Shown: piece by piece, positions 45,644 through 55,427 of the stretch
Layout of the letters: each line of letters starts with the position of its first letter
Numbering within the stretch: position 1 is the first letter of the stretch
DNA from: a virus
Virus record (IMG/VR): IMGVR_UViG_3300017714_002439
DNA length: 64,000 bases
Strand: one strand, 5' to 3'
Made by a program: the position numbers and the translations under genes
Notes under the pieces: model-generated
Told to the model about the DNA's origin: nothing
Databases searched by the model: none
What the model saw: the letters and a program-made list of their open reading frames with translations, nothing else

Positions 45644-46633
45644 ATGAAGATATATGATATAACAAATGAAAGCAGTGGTATTAAGAGAGTCAATACAGGT
45701 ATTGACATGAAAGCGGCCTTGGCAGCACGGCAGGCACAAATATCTTCACCAGGAACTAATTCAACTATAAGCAGTAGAACAAATAAGACAAGACATAGTA
45801 ATACAGGCACAGGTACCACACATAAAACATTTCGTAAGTATACATCTCAGATGGGAGACCTAGGTGGATCGTCAGTAAGTAAAGTAAACAATATAAAAAA
45901 ATCAGCAACTGGAGCCACAGGCACTAGCACAAAACGATATGTTAGACCAGGTGGAAGTGGAACACAAACAGTAACCGATGTTGGCACTGGTAAAACAACT
46001 AGAACTGATTTCCAACTAAAAGGTCCACAAAGTTGGGCATACGATAAACCAAAACTAAATGCTTCTAAGAAAATAAAAGAAGATGGTGTAATTGTTCCAG
46101 GTGTTAACACTACAGTAGATGTTAAGCCAGGCGAAACAGAACGTCAAGCTGCAAAATTTGGCAACGGCAAAATTAAACCACTAATGCCTAAACGAGGCAA
46201 GTCACAAACAATCAATACATTGTATAACATGGGATTAGCTGAGTCTAAAAAAGAAGAAAAGCCAGAAGATGTTGAAGGAATTGATCCTGCTACACAAATG
46301 GCAGTAAAAAAATTACAAGCAAAATATCCACATGCAGATAATGTAATGTCAGCAATGTTGGCAGCAACACAAGAAATAGACAAAATACAAGACAACGCTG
46401 ATAGAAAATTATCTGATGCTGACAATAGACATAACCGTAAGTTTCAAGAACTTGAAAGTCAAATAAAAACTTTACATAACCAACTTAGTGATAAACGTAG
46501 AGACGATCAAGATAGAAAGCAAGACGAACAAGATAGGAAACAAGTCGAGATGGATCAACTGCATAATCGTAAGTTTCAAGAACTTGAAAAGAAATTACTA
46601 GACCTTATTAAAAATAATAATCTCAAGGCATAA
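45644..46633 (+). CDS. Putative virion modular protein
   Basis: ATAAATA at 45632-45638; MKIYDITNE leader; S/T/G-rich domain; EDGVIVPGVNTT module; coiled coil with duplicated HNRKFQELE. Confidence 0.65.
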   Translation: MKIYDITNESSGIKRVNTGIDMKAALAARQAQISSPGTNSTISSRTNKTRHSNTGTGTTHKTFRKYTSQMGDLGGSSVSKVNNIKKSATGATGTSTKRYVRPGGSGTQTVTDVGTGKTTRTDFQLKGPQSWAYDKPKLNASKKIKEDGVIVPGVNTTVDVKPGETERQAAKFGNGKIKPLMPKRGKSQTINTLYNMGLAESKKEEKPEDVEGIDPATQMAVKKLQAKYPHADNVMSAMLAATQEIDKIQDNADRKLSDADNRHNRKFQELESQIKTLHNQLSDKRRDDQDRKQDEQDRKQVEMDQLHNRKFQELEKKLLDLIKNNNLKA

Positions 46634-46637
46634 CACA

Positions 46638-47867
46638 ATGTCTAATGTAAAATCATCGGTAAGTCTAACCCCCGGTGAACTATTAACAAATCAATATAAT
46701 AAATCATTCTGCATTAAACCATTTACTGAAATATCTAATTCAGCAACAGGTTCTAGAATGCTATGTTGTCGTAGTGAGCATGTAATCGACAGACACGAAG
46801 TTAACAGTAGTATCACAGAAGATTTTTTTAATCACCCAAACATGAATGAAATAAGAAGAAAAATGCTTGCTGGTGAAGAAGTGGAACAATGCTGGATATG
46901 TAGCGAGTCAGAAAAAGCAAGAGGAACATCACATAGAACATTTGTAATGAAGCAATTCGAAAGGTTAGTTCCTGGATTAGCTGATGATATATTTAAAAAT
47001 GGAACTGTAGATCTAAAATCACTTGATATACGTTTTGGAACCAAATGTAACCTAGCATGTGTAATGTGTGGTCCTGGTAGCAGTAGTTTAATTGCAAAAG
47101 AAGAACAAGACAAAGATTTTGAAGTAGTAGACTTAAATGATTTTTCATTAGATGCTATTAAAAAACATTCAGAAGGTATTGTGTTATTTAAAACAACTGG
47201 CGGCGAGCCTATGTTATTACCTGCATATAAGAAAACACTTGAGTTCTTTGTAGAAAAAGGATACGCAAAGAATATAGAGTTCACAACTATTACAAACGGC
47301 ACAATTGATTACAGCGACATGATGCCACTAATGAACGAGTTCAAACATTTTAAAATTAGCCATAGTATAGATGCTGCTGATGAATCATATAATTATGTTA
47401 GATGGCCAGGAACAATAAAAAGATTACAACGTATACATAAAAGTATATCAAAAAATGCTAAACAATATAAAAATATACAACTTCAATTTGGAGCAACTAT
47501 ACATGTATTAAATGTGCATCAAACAGTAAAGATTGCCAAGTATTTAGAAGAACTAGGAGAGTATGATAATTATAATGCAGACATGGTTTATAAACCTTAT
47601 TATATGCAACCTGGACTGGTACCAAAAGAAGTAATTGACGAGTTAGAGATAGAAGCAATAGAGTGGGCAAGTAATGATGATAGTCATAAAGAAATACTTG
47701 ACTTTGTTAACACTTTACGGTATAATCATAATGCAATAAATAGTAGTATAGAGAAAAAGCAAGAACTACTCAATCAATTAGAAGCCAAAACAATATTTTG
47801 GAAAGAAAAAAGAAAACTTGATGTTCGAGATTATGTTCCGTATTACGAGGTAATGCAATCAAAATGA
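46638..47867 (+). CDS. Radical SAM protein with N-terminal SPASM/twitch-like domain
   Basis: CNLACVMC, TGGEP, N-terminal C..LCC..CWIC. Confidence 0.87.
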   Translation: MSNVKSSVSLTPGELLTNQYNKSFCIKPFTEISNSATGSRMLCCRSEHVIDRHEVNSSITEDFFNHPNMNEIRRKMLAGEEVEQCWICSESEKARGTSHRTFVMKQFERLVPGLADDIFKNGTVDLKSLDIRFGTKCNLACVMCGPGSSSLIAKEEQDKDFEVVDLNDFSLDAIKKHSEGIVLFKTTGGEPMLLPAYKKTLEFFVEKGYAKNIEFTTITNGTIDYSDMMPLMNEFKHFKISHSIDAADESYNYVRWPGTIKRLQRIHKSISKNAKQYKNIQLQFGATIHVLNVHQTVKIAKYLEELGEYDNYNADMVYKPYYMQPGLVPKEVIDELEIEAIEWASNDDSHKEILDFVNTLRYNHNAINSSIEKKQELLNQLEAKTIFWKEKRKLDVRDYVPYYEVMQSK

Positions 47868-48280
47868 AAATACAATTAAAAAGATTAACCACTAAAGATT
47901 TATATAAATTAAGAAGTATAATTGATGAAGAAACTGCTAAATTGGCACAAATTGAATGGCCATTTGAAAGGCATATAGCAATGCAATTTATTAATGACTA
48001 TAACACATGGGGAATATGGATTAATCACGATTCATTAGTAGGCGCAGTAGAAGTAAAAGAAGATTTAGAAACAGCATACTTTATTAAAAAAGGCTGGCGT
48101 AATAATGGAATAGGCACAAAAGCAATTGAACTATGCATAGAAGAATTTGGTGATCAACAACTATGGTGTGTTATTGATCCAGATAATAAAGCAAGTCTAC
48201 GAGTAGCCCAAAAGGGTGGACTAAGAGTCAAGTTTATTGACACTGATAATAACAACGACATAATTACTGTAGTAAAATAG
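47864..48280 (+). CDS. GNAT acetyltransferase (RimJ/RimL-like)
   Basis: WRNNGIGTK acetyl-CoA loop; NKASLRVAQKGG. Confidence 0.8.
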   Translation: MKIQLKRLTTKDLYKLRSIIDEETAKLAQIEWPFERHIAMQFINDYNTWGIWINHDSLVGAVEVKEDLETAYFIKKGWRNNGIGTKAIELCIEEFGDQQLWCVIDPDNKASLRVAQKGGLRVKFIDTDNNNDIITVVK

Positions 48281-48288
48281 AGAATGAT

Positions 48289-48522
48289 ATGTCTAATAAA
48301 AAGATTACTCGCGAAGATTTAACAGCTACAGAAGGTCCTATGAACAATGTTGCTAATGAAGATGCATTGGTTTATGCTAAAGCAGACCCAAATAGGCCAC
48401 TTGATATACACAAAGAACGTCAAGTTAGAGCTAAAAAACAAAAAATAAAGAAAAGTAGTAAGAAAGCAGACCGTAGAATCAATAAAAGTTTAATTAAAAA
48501 TATTAATGAACTTCAAAAATAA
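48289..48522 (+). CDS. Basic hypothetical protein
   Basis: 77 aa ORF in operon. Confidence 0.6.
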   Translation: MSNKKITREDLTATEGPMNNVANEDALVYAKADPNRPLDIHKERQVRAKKQKIKKSSKKADRRINKSLIKNINELQK

Positions 48523-48554
48523 CAGCAAAACAAATCAAATAGATAAATACTAGT

Positions 48555-48749
48555 ATGAAAATATATGATATCATAAAGGAAGAAGCAGACGCAGGTTCTA
48601 CAATGGCAGGTAATGTTGCTAGTGTAAGTTTTCCATTATTTGGAAAAAAGAAGATGATCAGGCGTGCTGTTGATCCAAAAGGATATTTGGGTGACGGTAA
48701 GATTAAAAAGCAATCTACTGGATATAATACGGAGGTTAAGTTAAAATGA
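48555..48749 (+). CDS. Small putative virion protein
   Basis: ATAAATA at 48543-48549; MKIYDIIKEE leader; STMAGNVASV. Confidence 0.65.
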   Translation: MKIYDIIKEEADAGSTMAGNVASVSFPLFGKKKMIRRAVDPKGYLGDGKIKKQSTGYNTEVKLK

Positions 48750-49045
48750 AGATTAACGAAATCCACGAATCAATATACAGTATGAATCCTGAAGAACCTA
48801 TGAATCCTGAAGTATTAATACAAGGTTATGGTAGATTAAATTTAAAACAGTTAGAAGATAAAGTAGGCAAAATGTTCGATGAACTTGCCGAAAGAGCTAG
48901 ACAGGGAGATTGGGAAGGTGTGCAATACAACCTAAACAAAGGACTTGTTCAAGAATTTATTAAAACCATCAATGTAGCATATGATGAGTTAGAACAAAAA
49001 CGAAGACGCGGCGGCAAGAGTAGTCGTGGCATTGAAAAGAGGTAA
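48746..49045 (+). CDS. Small putative virion protein
   Basis: MKINEIHE leader; GGAGG SD. Confidence 0.65.
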   Translation: MKINEIHESIYSMNPEEPMNPEVLIQGYGRLNLKQLEDKVGKMFDELAERARQGDWEGVQYNLNKGLVQEFIKTINVAYDELEQKRRRGGKSSRGIEKR

Positions 49046-49050
49046 CGACT

Positions 49051-50409
49051 ATGAGCAAAGAGCAAAAAATCGACAATACTTTTAACAGAGTAATGGACGA
49101 TATAAACAGACTACAAAAGGCATTTCAGCCAGGCAAGAATTTAGAAAAGGCTATCGCAGAGGTAGGCGGAGATATTTCTTGGTTAAAAGAGATTAACGAA
49201 TCATTTGATAAACTATACGATATGCTTGAAGAAGGGCATATGGGTGCAGTAGCACATTTACAAATGGACGAAGAATTAAGTAAGAAGAAAAAAATTAAAC
49301 CAAACACACCAGTTGGTATGGTAGCAGAAGGCGTATTAGACAGTGATGATGATGACGGGTTTATGGCTCGTAGTCAACTATACTTCTTAGCCAGAGATGC
49401 AATTAAATTGCACAGCGTTATAGATGACAGAGATGACTTGGAACCGTGGGTTGGAAGTAAGATTGCTCAAGCTAGTAAGGATATGGATTCAGTTCGTCGT
49501 TACACTGAATACAATGCCATGAAAGCTGAAGTCGAGCCAGAAGGACAACCAGATGCAGAATTAATGGCTGGTGCATATGAATCACTAGAAGAAGATCCAG
49601 AGCCACGTAAAATGCAAGTAACTAATGCAGATAAAAATGCAAACACAGAAGCATGGAAACGTTTTAAAGCAGGCGATCCTAGATATGAATACAAAGAACC
49701 AGTAAAAGAAGATCCAAGCAAGCCAAAATTTCCACAAGGCGTTCCATTAGCAGGTGATAGTATTTGGTTAAACAGAGATGAAATGCAATATGATGACAAT
49801 GTTGTAACAGTAACTGATCTCAAAACATCTGAAGAAGATGGTATGATTGAAGTATGGGTATACCATACTGCTCCTTGGGAAATTTATACAGACTCAGGTT
49901 TTGCTAAAGCAATTAGTGATATGCTGGGTATTGAAGTTGACTGGAGTGAACAAGGCATGCAAGCACAAGGTGTAGCACACTTAGAAGGTGAACTTGGGTT
50001 AGATGAAGCTATTCGTCCAGTAAGAAGTGCAGCTTCTAAACTAAACCAAATTGGACAAGGCGTTCGTAATAAAACAAATGACGAAACACCAGCAAGTGTT
50101 GGCGAAGGCAAATACGGTAAGAAGAAAAAGAAATACGAAGCTGTAAAAGAAGAAGTAGTTAAGATAAGAGCAGTAAAAGATAAAGAACATTTAAAATTAC
50201 CTACTACTGGCATCAATAGAAAATTTGATGGACCAGATGCAAAAGAGCATGCCGCTACAGCAAAGAAACAATTTGAAAAAGATGGTTATCATGTTGTTTA
50301 CGAAGAGACAAAGTTTGATGATAAGCCGGAACACAGTGAATTAAAAACAGTTGCACAGGACATGTTTAAGCATGCACTAGCACAAGCTAAGAAAAAAGCA
50401 AGGAAGTAA
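49051..50409 (+). CDS. Modular acidic putative virion polyprotein
   Basis: Modules MARSQLY..AIKLH..LEPWV.SKI and IYTDSGF..SEQGMQ separated by acidic linkers. Confidence 0.6.
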   Translation: MSKEQKIDNTFNRVMDDINRLQKAFQPGKNLEKAIAEVGGDISWLKEINESFDKLYDMLEEGHMGAVAHLQMDEELSKKKKIKPNTPVGMVAEGVLDSDDDDGFMARSQLYFLARDAIKLHSVIDDRDDLEPWVGSKIAQASKDMDSVRRYTEYNAMKAEVEPEGQPDAELMAGAYESLEEDPEPRKMQVTNADKNANTEAWKRFKAGDPRYEYKEPVKEDPSKPKFPQGVPLAGDSIWLNRDEMQYDDNVVTVTDLKTSEEDGMIEVWVYHTAPWEIYTDSGFAKAISDMLGIEVDWSEQGMQAQGVAHLEGELGLDEAIRPVRSAASKLNQIGQGVRNKTNDETPASVGEGKYGKKKKKYEAVKEEVVKIRAVKDKEHLKLPTTGINRKFDGPDAKEHAATAKKQFEKDGYHVVYEETKFDDKPEHSELKTVAQDMFKHALAQAKKKARK

Positions 50410-50411
50410 CT

Positions 50412-51113
50412 ATGGCAATAGACCAGTCTTTAGTAATGACTTTTCCAAATAGTCAAGGTGATGTAGAAATCTACATGCCTGAAAATACTAGAGTATTGGT
50501 AAAATGTAGTGGTGGAGCAGATTCGAGTATACTTTTGTATATGTTAGCAAAATACAGACATGAGTATAATCCTACTGTTAGTTTTATAATTGCTACTTCA
50601 GTTAATCAGCAATTGCCATATCAATATATACATGCTAAAAAAGTAGCTGACTATGTTAACGAAATATACCCAATGGGTGACTACGAACATCATCAAAATG
50701 AGAATAGAGGTGGAGAATTTTATCCAAGCGATCAAGATTTTCTTACAGAACCATTAATGAAAAAGTCAGATAAACTATATATGGGTTTAACACTTAATCC
50801 ACCCATTGAAGAAATGAAAGCACATAACATGTATGATGATTTAAGAATGGAAGACCGAGACCCAGACAGTGAAAACATTTGGGAAGTAGGTGAAAATGAA
50901 TTATCAGAAAACAACTGGAGACATAACCGTCCTTTTGTAAGACATGACAAGCGTGGAATTGCAGAGTTTTATGATTTGCTAGGAGTAAGAGATACATTAT
51001 ATCCATTAACTAGAAGTTGCGAAGAAAAAACTACAGACTTTTCTAAACATTGCGGAACATGTTGGTTTTGTTTAGAACGTGAATGGGGTTTTGGGGAATT
51101 AGAAGGAAAATAA
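50412..51113 (+). CDS. QueC-like PP-loop protein
   Basis: CSGGADSS PP-loop; TRSC...HCGTCWFCLER zinc site. Confidence 0.7.
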   Translation: MAIDQSLVMTFPNSQGDVEIYMPENTRVLVKCSGGADSSILLYMLAKYRHEYNPTVSFIIATSVNQQLPYQYIHAKKVADYVNEIYPMGDYEHHQNENRGGEFYPSDQDFLTEPLMKKSDKLYMGLTLNPPIEEMKAHNMYDDLRMEDRDPDSENIWEVGENELSENNWRHNRPFVRHDKRGIAEFYDLLGVRDTLYPLTRSCEEKTTDFSKHCGTCWFCLEREWGFGELEGK

Positions 51114-51114
51114 A

Positions 51115-52893
51115 ATGAAAGCTAAACAATTAAACGAATTTAACAAAGTAGATTGGGAAGAAAACGAATCAGTGAATCTTCACAGTGAAAATGCATTAGA
51201 GCTTGCTAAAGAATTTGGAACCCCAGAAGAAGTAGAAGCAATGCAAAGAATTATGGATCAGCACATGCGTAGAGGACACATTCTACCACATGAAATTGAA
51301 GAGCGTAATGCATTAACATCAAAATATTACAGCATGTTAGAGCATTCAGTTAACCCAACGTTTAGATCAACATTAGAAGGCTACAAAGTTATGCCTACAA
51401 TGGATCCTAAGTATATAGCACGTGATGGACTGGAAGGTCCATTTAGCACATTAAGTGGTAAGGTTGTTTATTATGATCCTAAAGAAGGTTCATACTACGA
51501 TCCAGACACAGACATGTATATGTCATATGATGAATTTCAAAAGTATGATAACGATTACAGTGATATGAAAGAAGAATCAGACCAAGGCTTTAGTGGAAAA
51601 GAGAGAAACTTTATACATGACTTGTGCATGATGCACGATGGTGTTAAAAGAGATCCAGCAGGATTAAAATATCTTGGAACATCTGAAACATGGGATGAAG
51701 GTAATTGTTTAAGTGACAAAGGTAAATTAACTACTCTAATGCTTTGGGCTAACAAAAACAAAGACGCTGTTGAAAAACGTTTTTCACGTATGTTTAATAA
51801 CTATAGCAACAAAGATGAAAATGGAAAAGTAACAGCATCAGATGGTAATCAACTGCTTAATGACATTACTAGTAAGATTGGTAGCATTGGTGAACAAACT
51901 GTAAAAGGCCCAAGAGGACATTTACGTTCTATTGTTGCTGACGACCTTAACGAAATAGATTGTTGGGATGGTTACAAAAAAGACGGAACTAAGCCTGGCA
52001 CAGGTAAAAACAAAGGCAAGCGTGTAAACAATTGCGTTAAAGAAGAAGATGTTACAGTAGATAATGCAGGTAACATCGCAGGCTACTTAGCTACAATAGA
52101 TGAGTATGTAGAAATGTTAGCAGATGCCAATTCTCACTATGATAGAGATGAAGCAATGGATTCACATACAGTTAAAGAAATAGCATATAGAATTCAAAAC
52201 GCTGTAGACGACATTAGAATGAGAGAACTTGGATTAAAGCCAAGCAATATTAGATCTAAATTTAATGAAGACGAAGTAAATGAAGAACACGATATAGGTT
52301 TACTTAAAGCAGTTGCAAGACAAATGGAAGCAGATGCACACAAAGGTGACTATACTGCTATAGAAGAATTATTACAAAATATCTCAACAGAAGAATTAAA
52401 AGCATTCCTTTCTGATCACAGAGATATAGATTTTAGTGAAGAAGAATTGAATGAACTTGGATTTTCTGCACCAGTTGGAGCTGCTGGCAAGACCAGTGGA
52501 TATGCTCCTCCATCTACACACACTATATCAAGTAGATCAAGTTTATCTGCTAAACAAAAAAGAGATGGTAGTCAATCAGAAATCTTTACACAGTATGCTG
52601 ATGATTTTCAACACGATGGTGCCGACAGAGGAAGAAGCACTATGTCAGATGTATCAATACAAAAATATGATGCAGATGGAAAGATGACTAAAAATGATTC
52701 ATACAACAGATTTGTAATGCCAGGCGGTGCGGGTATTGATACAACAAATGGTGTAACAAAAAATATACAAATGAAAGGTCCACAAAGCTGGGCATATGAT
52801 AAACCAAAATTACCAAGAATAAAAAGAGAAGGCAAATACGTTAGCGATGCACAACGCAAAGCGGTTCATGCCTCAAAAGCGGAGAAAAAATAA
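51115..52893 (+). CDS. Modular putative virion polyprotein
   Basis: MKAKQLNE leader; modules LEGPF..YYDPKEGSYYDP, CWDGYKKDG..NNCVKEE, KYVSDAQRKAVHASK. Confidence 0.65.
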   Translation: MKAKQLNEFNKVDWEENESVNLHSENALELAKEFGTPEEVEAMQRIMDQHMRRGHILPHEIEERNALTSKYYSMLEHSVNPTFRSTLEGYKVMPTMDPKYIARDGLEGPFSTLSGKVVYYDPKEGSYYDPDTDMYMSYDEFQKYDNDYSDMKEESDQGFSGKERNFIHDLCMMHDGVKRDPAGLKYLGTSETWDEGNCLSDKGKLTTLMLWANKNKDAVEKRFSRMFNNYSNKDENGKVTASDGNQLLNDITSKIGSIGEQTVKGPRGHLRSIVADDLNEIDCWDGYKKDGTKPGTGKNKGKRVNNCVKEEDVTVDNAGNIAGYLATIDEYVEMLADANSHYDRDEAMDSHTVKEIAYRIQNAVDDIRMRELGLKPSNIRSKFNEDEVNEEHDIGLLKAVARQMEADAHKGDYTAIEELLQNISTEELKAFLSDHRDIDFSEEELNELGFSAPVGAAGKTSGYAPPSTHTISSRSSLSAKQKRDGSQSEIFTQYADDFQHDGADRGRSTMSDVSIQKYDADGKMTKNDSYNRFVMPGGAGIDTTNGVTKNIQMKGPQSWAYDKPKLPRIKREGKYVSDAQRKAVHASKAEKK

Positions 52894-53171
52894 TGGGTAT
52901 ATTAAGCGATACAGTAAACGAATCTAAGAAAAATTGTGGATGTGGCAAAGACCCATGTGAAACATACGGTAAGAAAACAGACGAATCATATTCTCCAGGT
53001 GATGAAATGGAAGATGGCATGGTAAGTAATTGCTGTGGCGCTCCAATCATGGACGTTTATGACGGACACGGTAGATGTAGTGATTGTAAAGAAATGGCAA
53101 GTGCTGAAAAAGAAGAAGCATACTATGAAACTGCCGAAATACAAAGATTAAAAGATCTAATTAGGTATTAA
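52893..53171 (+). CDS. Small Cys-rich (zinc-binding) protein
   Basis: CGCGKDPC and NCCGAP..CSDC. Confidence 0.7.
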   Translation: MGILSDTVNESKKNCGCGKDPCETYGKKTDESYSPGDEMEDGMVSNCCGAPIMDVYDGHGRCSDCKEMASAEKEEAYYETAEIQRLKDLIRY

Positions 53172-53182
53172 GGAATAACAAG

Positions 53183-54217
53183 ATGAGATTACACCATTTA
53201 TTTGAAGACGAGAATGTCAAAAAAGAAATCATTGCAAAAGTAAGTGGACTAGTTGCTGACAATGAAGAAGATGCAAAACTGTTAGATAAAATATACAGAA
53301 CTTTGCACAATACAGACATTTCAGGTAAGGTTGCACAAGCATTTGCAGTTCCTACTTCAGATGATAATATTAATCTTGAACCATTACTTAAACAACTAAC
53401 ACAAATTATTTTCCACGCAGGTGTTGATTATAAAAGCCTTGACGCATTCCTTAACAGATTAGCAAAAGGTAACGTTGTAGACGTGCCTGTTCTTACTACT
53501 CCTGGAGTAGGAAGTGTAAGAGCGTTCTTTGGCGGTGATGAAACTACTACAAAAATATTTCAAGCAATGGCAACACTAGGCGCAGGTAAAAAGCAAAAAG
53601 GCCCAGGTGAATATGCACTTGCAATGTTATCAAATCAAATTAAATTAAAACATGATGGTGGCGATCTTGATGTTGCAGGCAAAGGTATAGAAGTAAAAGC
53701 AGAAACTACAACAGGTGGTGGACGTCTTGGAGAAGGTGGACCTACTAACGCAGTTGCAAAAGAATATTGGAGCCAAGTTCCAAGTATAGCAAATCACTTT
53801 AATCAAGGTTCAAAAGGACTTGGTATTAAAAACTTTGTTCAAGCATTAGCATTAGACTTACCGTTAAATGATCCAGAAAAGAAAAAACAAAGACAAGATT
53901 TACTTACAAAATGGTATAGTCAGTTGTTTCCAAATGCAGCACCATTTGTTCAAGCATTTATGCAAGACGATGGAGTAGTTGCAGAAAAAATGTATGGTAA
54001 AGCAAACTTTGAATCTTACAAAAACAACTATGGATGGGACGGATTATTAAGTATTAACTTCCCTTCACTAAAATACGTAATGGTCAACACAGGTGATGAC
54101 TTTGTTAGAATGAAAGAAGCAGGACATTTTGGTAGCTTCTCAATTAGTGTTGTGCCAAGCAGTGCAAGACCATCAGAAGTATATTGTCAATTAAGTTTAA
54201 CTAAAGCAAAAGCATAA
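53183..54217 (+). CDS. Putative PD-(D/E)XK nuclease-like protein with leader
   Basis: MRLHHLFE leader; GPGEYAL..GGDLDV..GIEVKAE. Confidence 0.55.
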   Translation: MRLHHLFEDENVKKEIIAKVSGLVADNEEDAKLLDKIYRTLHNTDISGKVAQAFAVPTSDDNINLEPLLKQLTQIIFHAGVDYKSLDAFLNRLAKGNVVDVPVLTTPGVGSVRAFFGGDETTTKIFQAMATLGAGKKQKGPGEYALAMLSNQIKLKHDGGDLDVAGKGIEVKAETTTGGGRLGEGGPTNAVAKEYWSQVPSIANHFNQGSKGLGIKNFVQALALDLPLNDPEKKKQRQDLLTKWYSQLFPNAAPFVQAFMQDDGVVAEKMYGKANFESYKNNYGWDGLLSINFPSLKYVMVNTGDDFVRMKEAGHFGSFSISVVPSSARPSEVYCQLSLTKAKA

Positions 54218-54501
54218 TGTGGGATATTATTACACAAATGGCAACTGAAAGGTTGTGGATTTACACAGCATTAGCAGGAAGTATATTTGGTGCATTATTC
54301 ATTTACTGGATAAGAGACACATACATTGCCTTTTGGGCAATAAATAAATGGGAAGCAATACTAGACTTCCTAGTCAACCGTTGGGGCTGGAGCTGGTTTA
54401 AACATAATCCAGATGCATGGAAGGCCGCTAACCCAAAACTTACAAAAAAGATAGAACAACTAGAAGCTCGTATTAAAAAATTAGAATCAAAGAAGAAGTA
54501 A
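54217..54501 (+). CDS. Small membrane protein with C-terminal coiled coil
   Basis: TM helix LWIYTALAGSIFGALFIYW. Confidence 0.75.
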   Translation: MWDIITQMATERLWIYTALAGSIFGALFIYWIRDTYIAFWAINKWEAILDFLVNRWGWSWFKHNPDAWKAANPKLTKKIEQLEARIKKLESKKK

Positions 54502-54507
54502 TCTTAT

Positions 54508-55383
54508 ATGAAAGAGATATATCTTGTATGCACTCGTAGTGCAATCACGGCCAGTGCATTAACATATGTAATCAACTCAAGCCCAGACTTTTATAACATG
54601 TCACACAATAATTTGTGGCTGGAAGAACACAGTGAGTGGTTCGGTAAAGCACATATTATAAATGATTGGTGGAATCTGCATGATTCCTTTAATGTATATA
54701 ACTATGATATTAGAAATAATATTGTATTATCTGAACAAAATTTAATTGCATTAGCAGAAGCTTGGCGAACATTTCCAACTACAAAAAATATATGTTTGTT
54801 TACACATGCCCGTAATACAGGAGATATCATGATGTATGCAAAAAGAAATAACTTACCAGTTAAAGTAATCACAACAATAATGGGTAAGGATTCACATCAT
54901 TTTGTTAATGCATTTTTACGTAGAGAATACAATGATGAAATGAATGATTTAGAGAGTAATCATAGAGTATGGGAATACATGTATAACCAATTAATAACAC
55001 AAGACAGTATATGGCAACAACACTATGATTATTGTTTTCAAATGTCAGATTGGTTACATAAGCCACAAAGTGTGTATACTAAACTGAACGTAGAAGCATG
55101 TCCAGATATTGGTCAATGGGTAGAACAGTATCTAAGATGGAATGATAGTAATGATTTTGTTACACCAGTTAATGCTAAACGTAATGATCTCATAGCAAGA
55201 CGCATGGAATTTTTATCATGGGCATACAACAACGGGTCTGTAAACCTACACAGAACTGAACAACAAGTGGCTTTTGCAGAACTCCTGTTTAAAATGTATG
55301 AAGAAAATCAAATATATTCACCTATTGAATTTATCAACACAGCTCAAAAAACGTTGGGTATTGACTTGACAAATAACGTTTAA
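54508..55383 (+). CDS. Hypothetical protein, possibly sulfotransferase-like
   Basis: YLVCTRSAITASAL N-terminal loop. Confidence 0.45.
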   Translation: MKEIYLVCTRSAITASALTYVINSSPDFYNMSHNNLWLEEHSEWFGKAHIINDWWNLHDSFNVYNYDIRNNIVLSEQNLIALAEAWRTFPTTKNICLFTHARNTGDIMMYAKRNNLPVKVITTIMGKDSHHFVNAFLRREYNDEMNDLESNHRVWEYMYNQLITQDSIWQQHYDYCFQMSDWLHKPQSVYTKLNVEACPDIGQWVEQYLRWNDSNDFVTPVNAKRNDLIARRMEFLSWAYNNGSVNLHRTEQQVAFAELLFKMYEENQIYSPIEFINTAQKTLGIDLTNNV

Positions 55384-55427
55384 TACGTTATTATATATAC
55401 TAATTCAACGATTAACGGAGGTCTAGC

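Noticed and set aside
46430-46589. Direct repeat CATAAYCGTAAGTTTCAAGAACTTGAAA as a mobile-element scar
   Set aside because: In frame in both copies (HNRKFQELE) within a coiled coil; better explained by internal duplication
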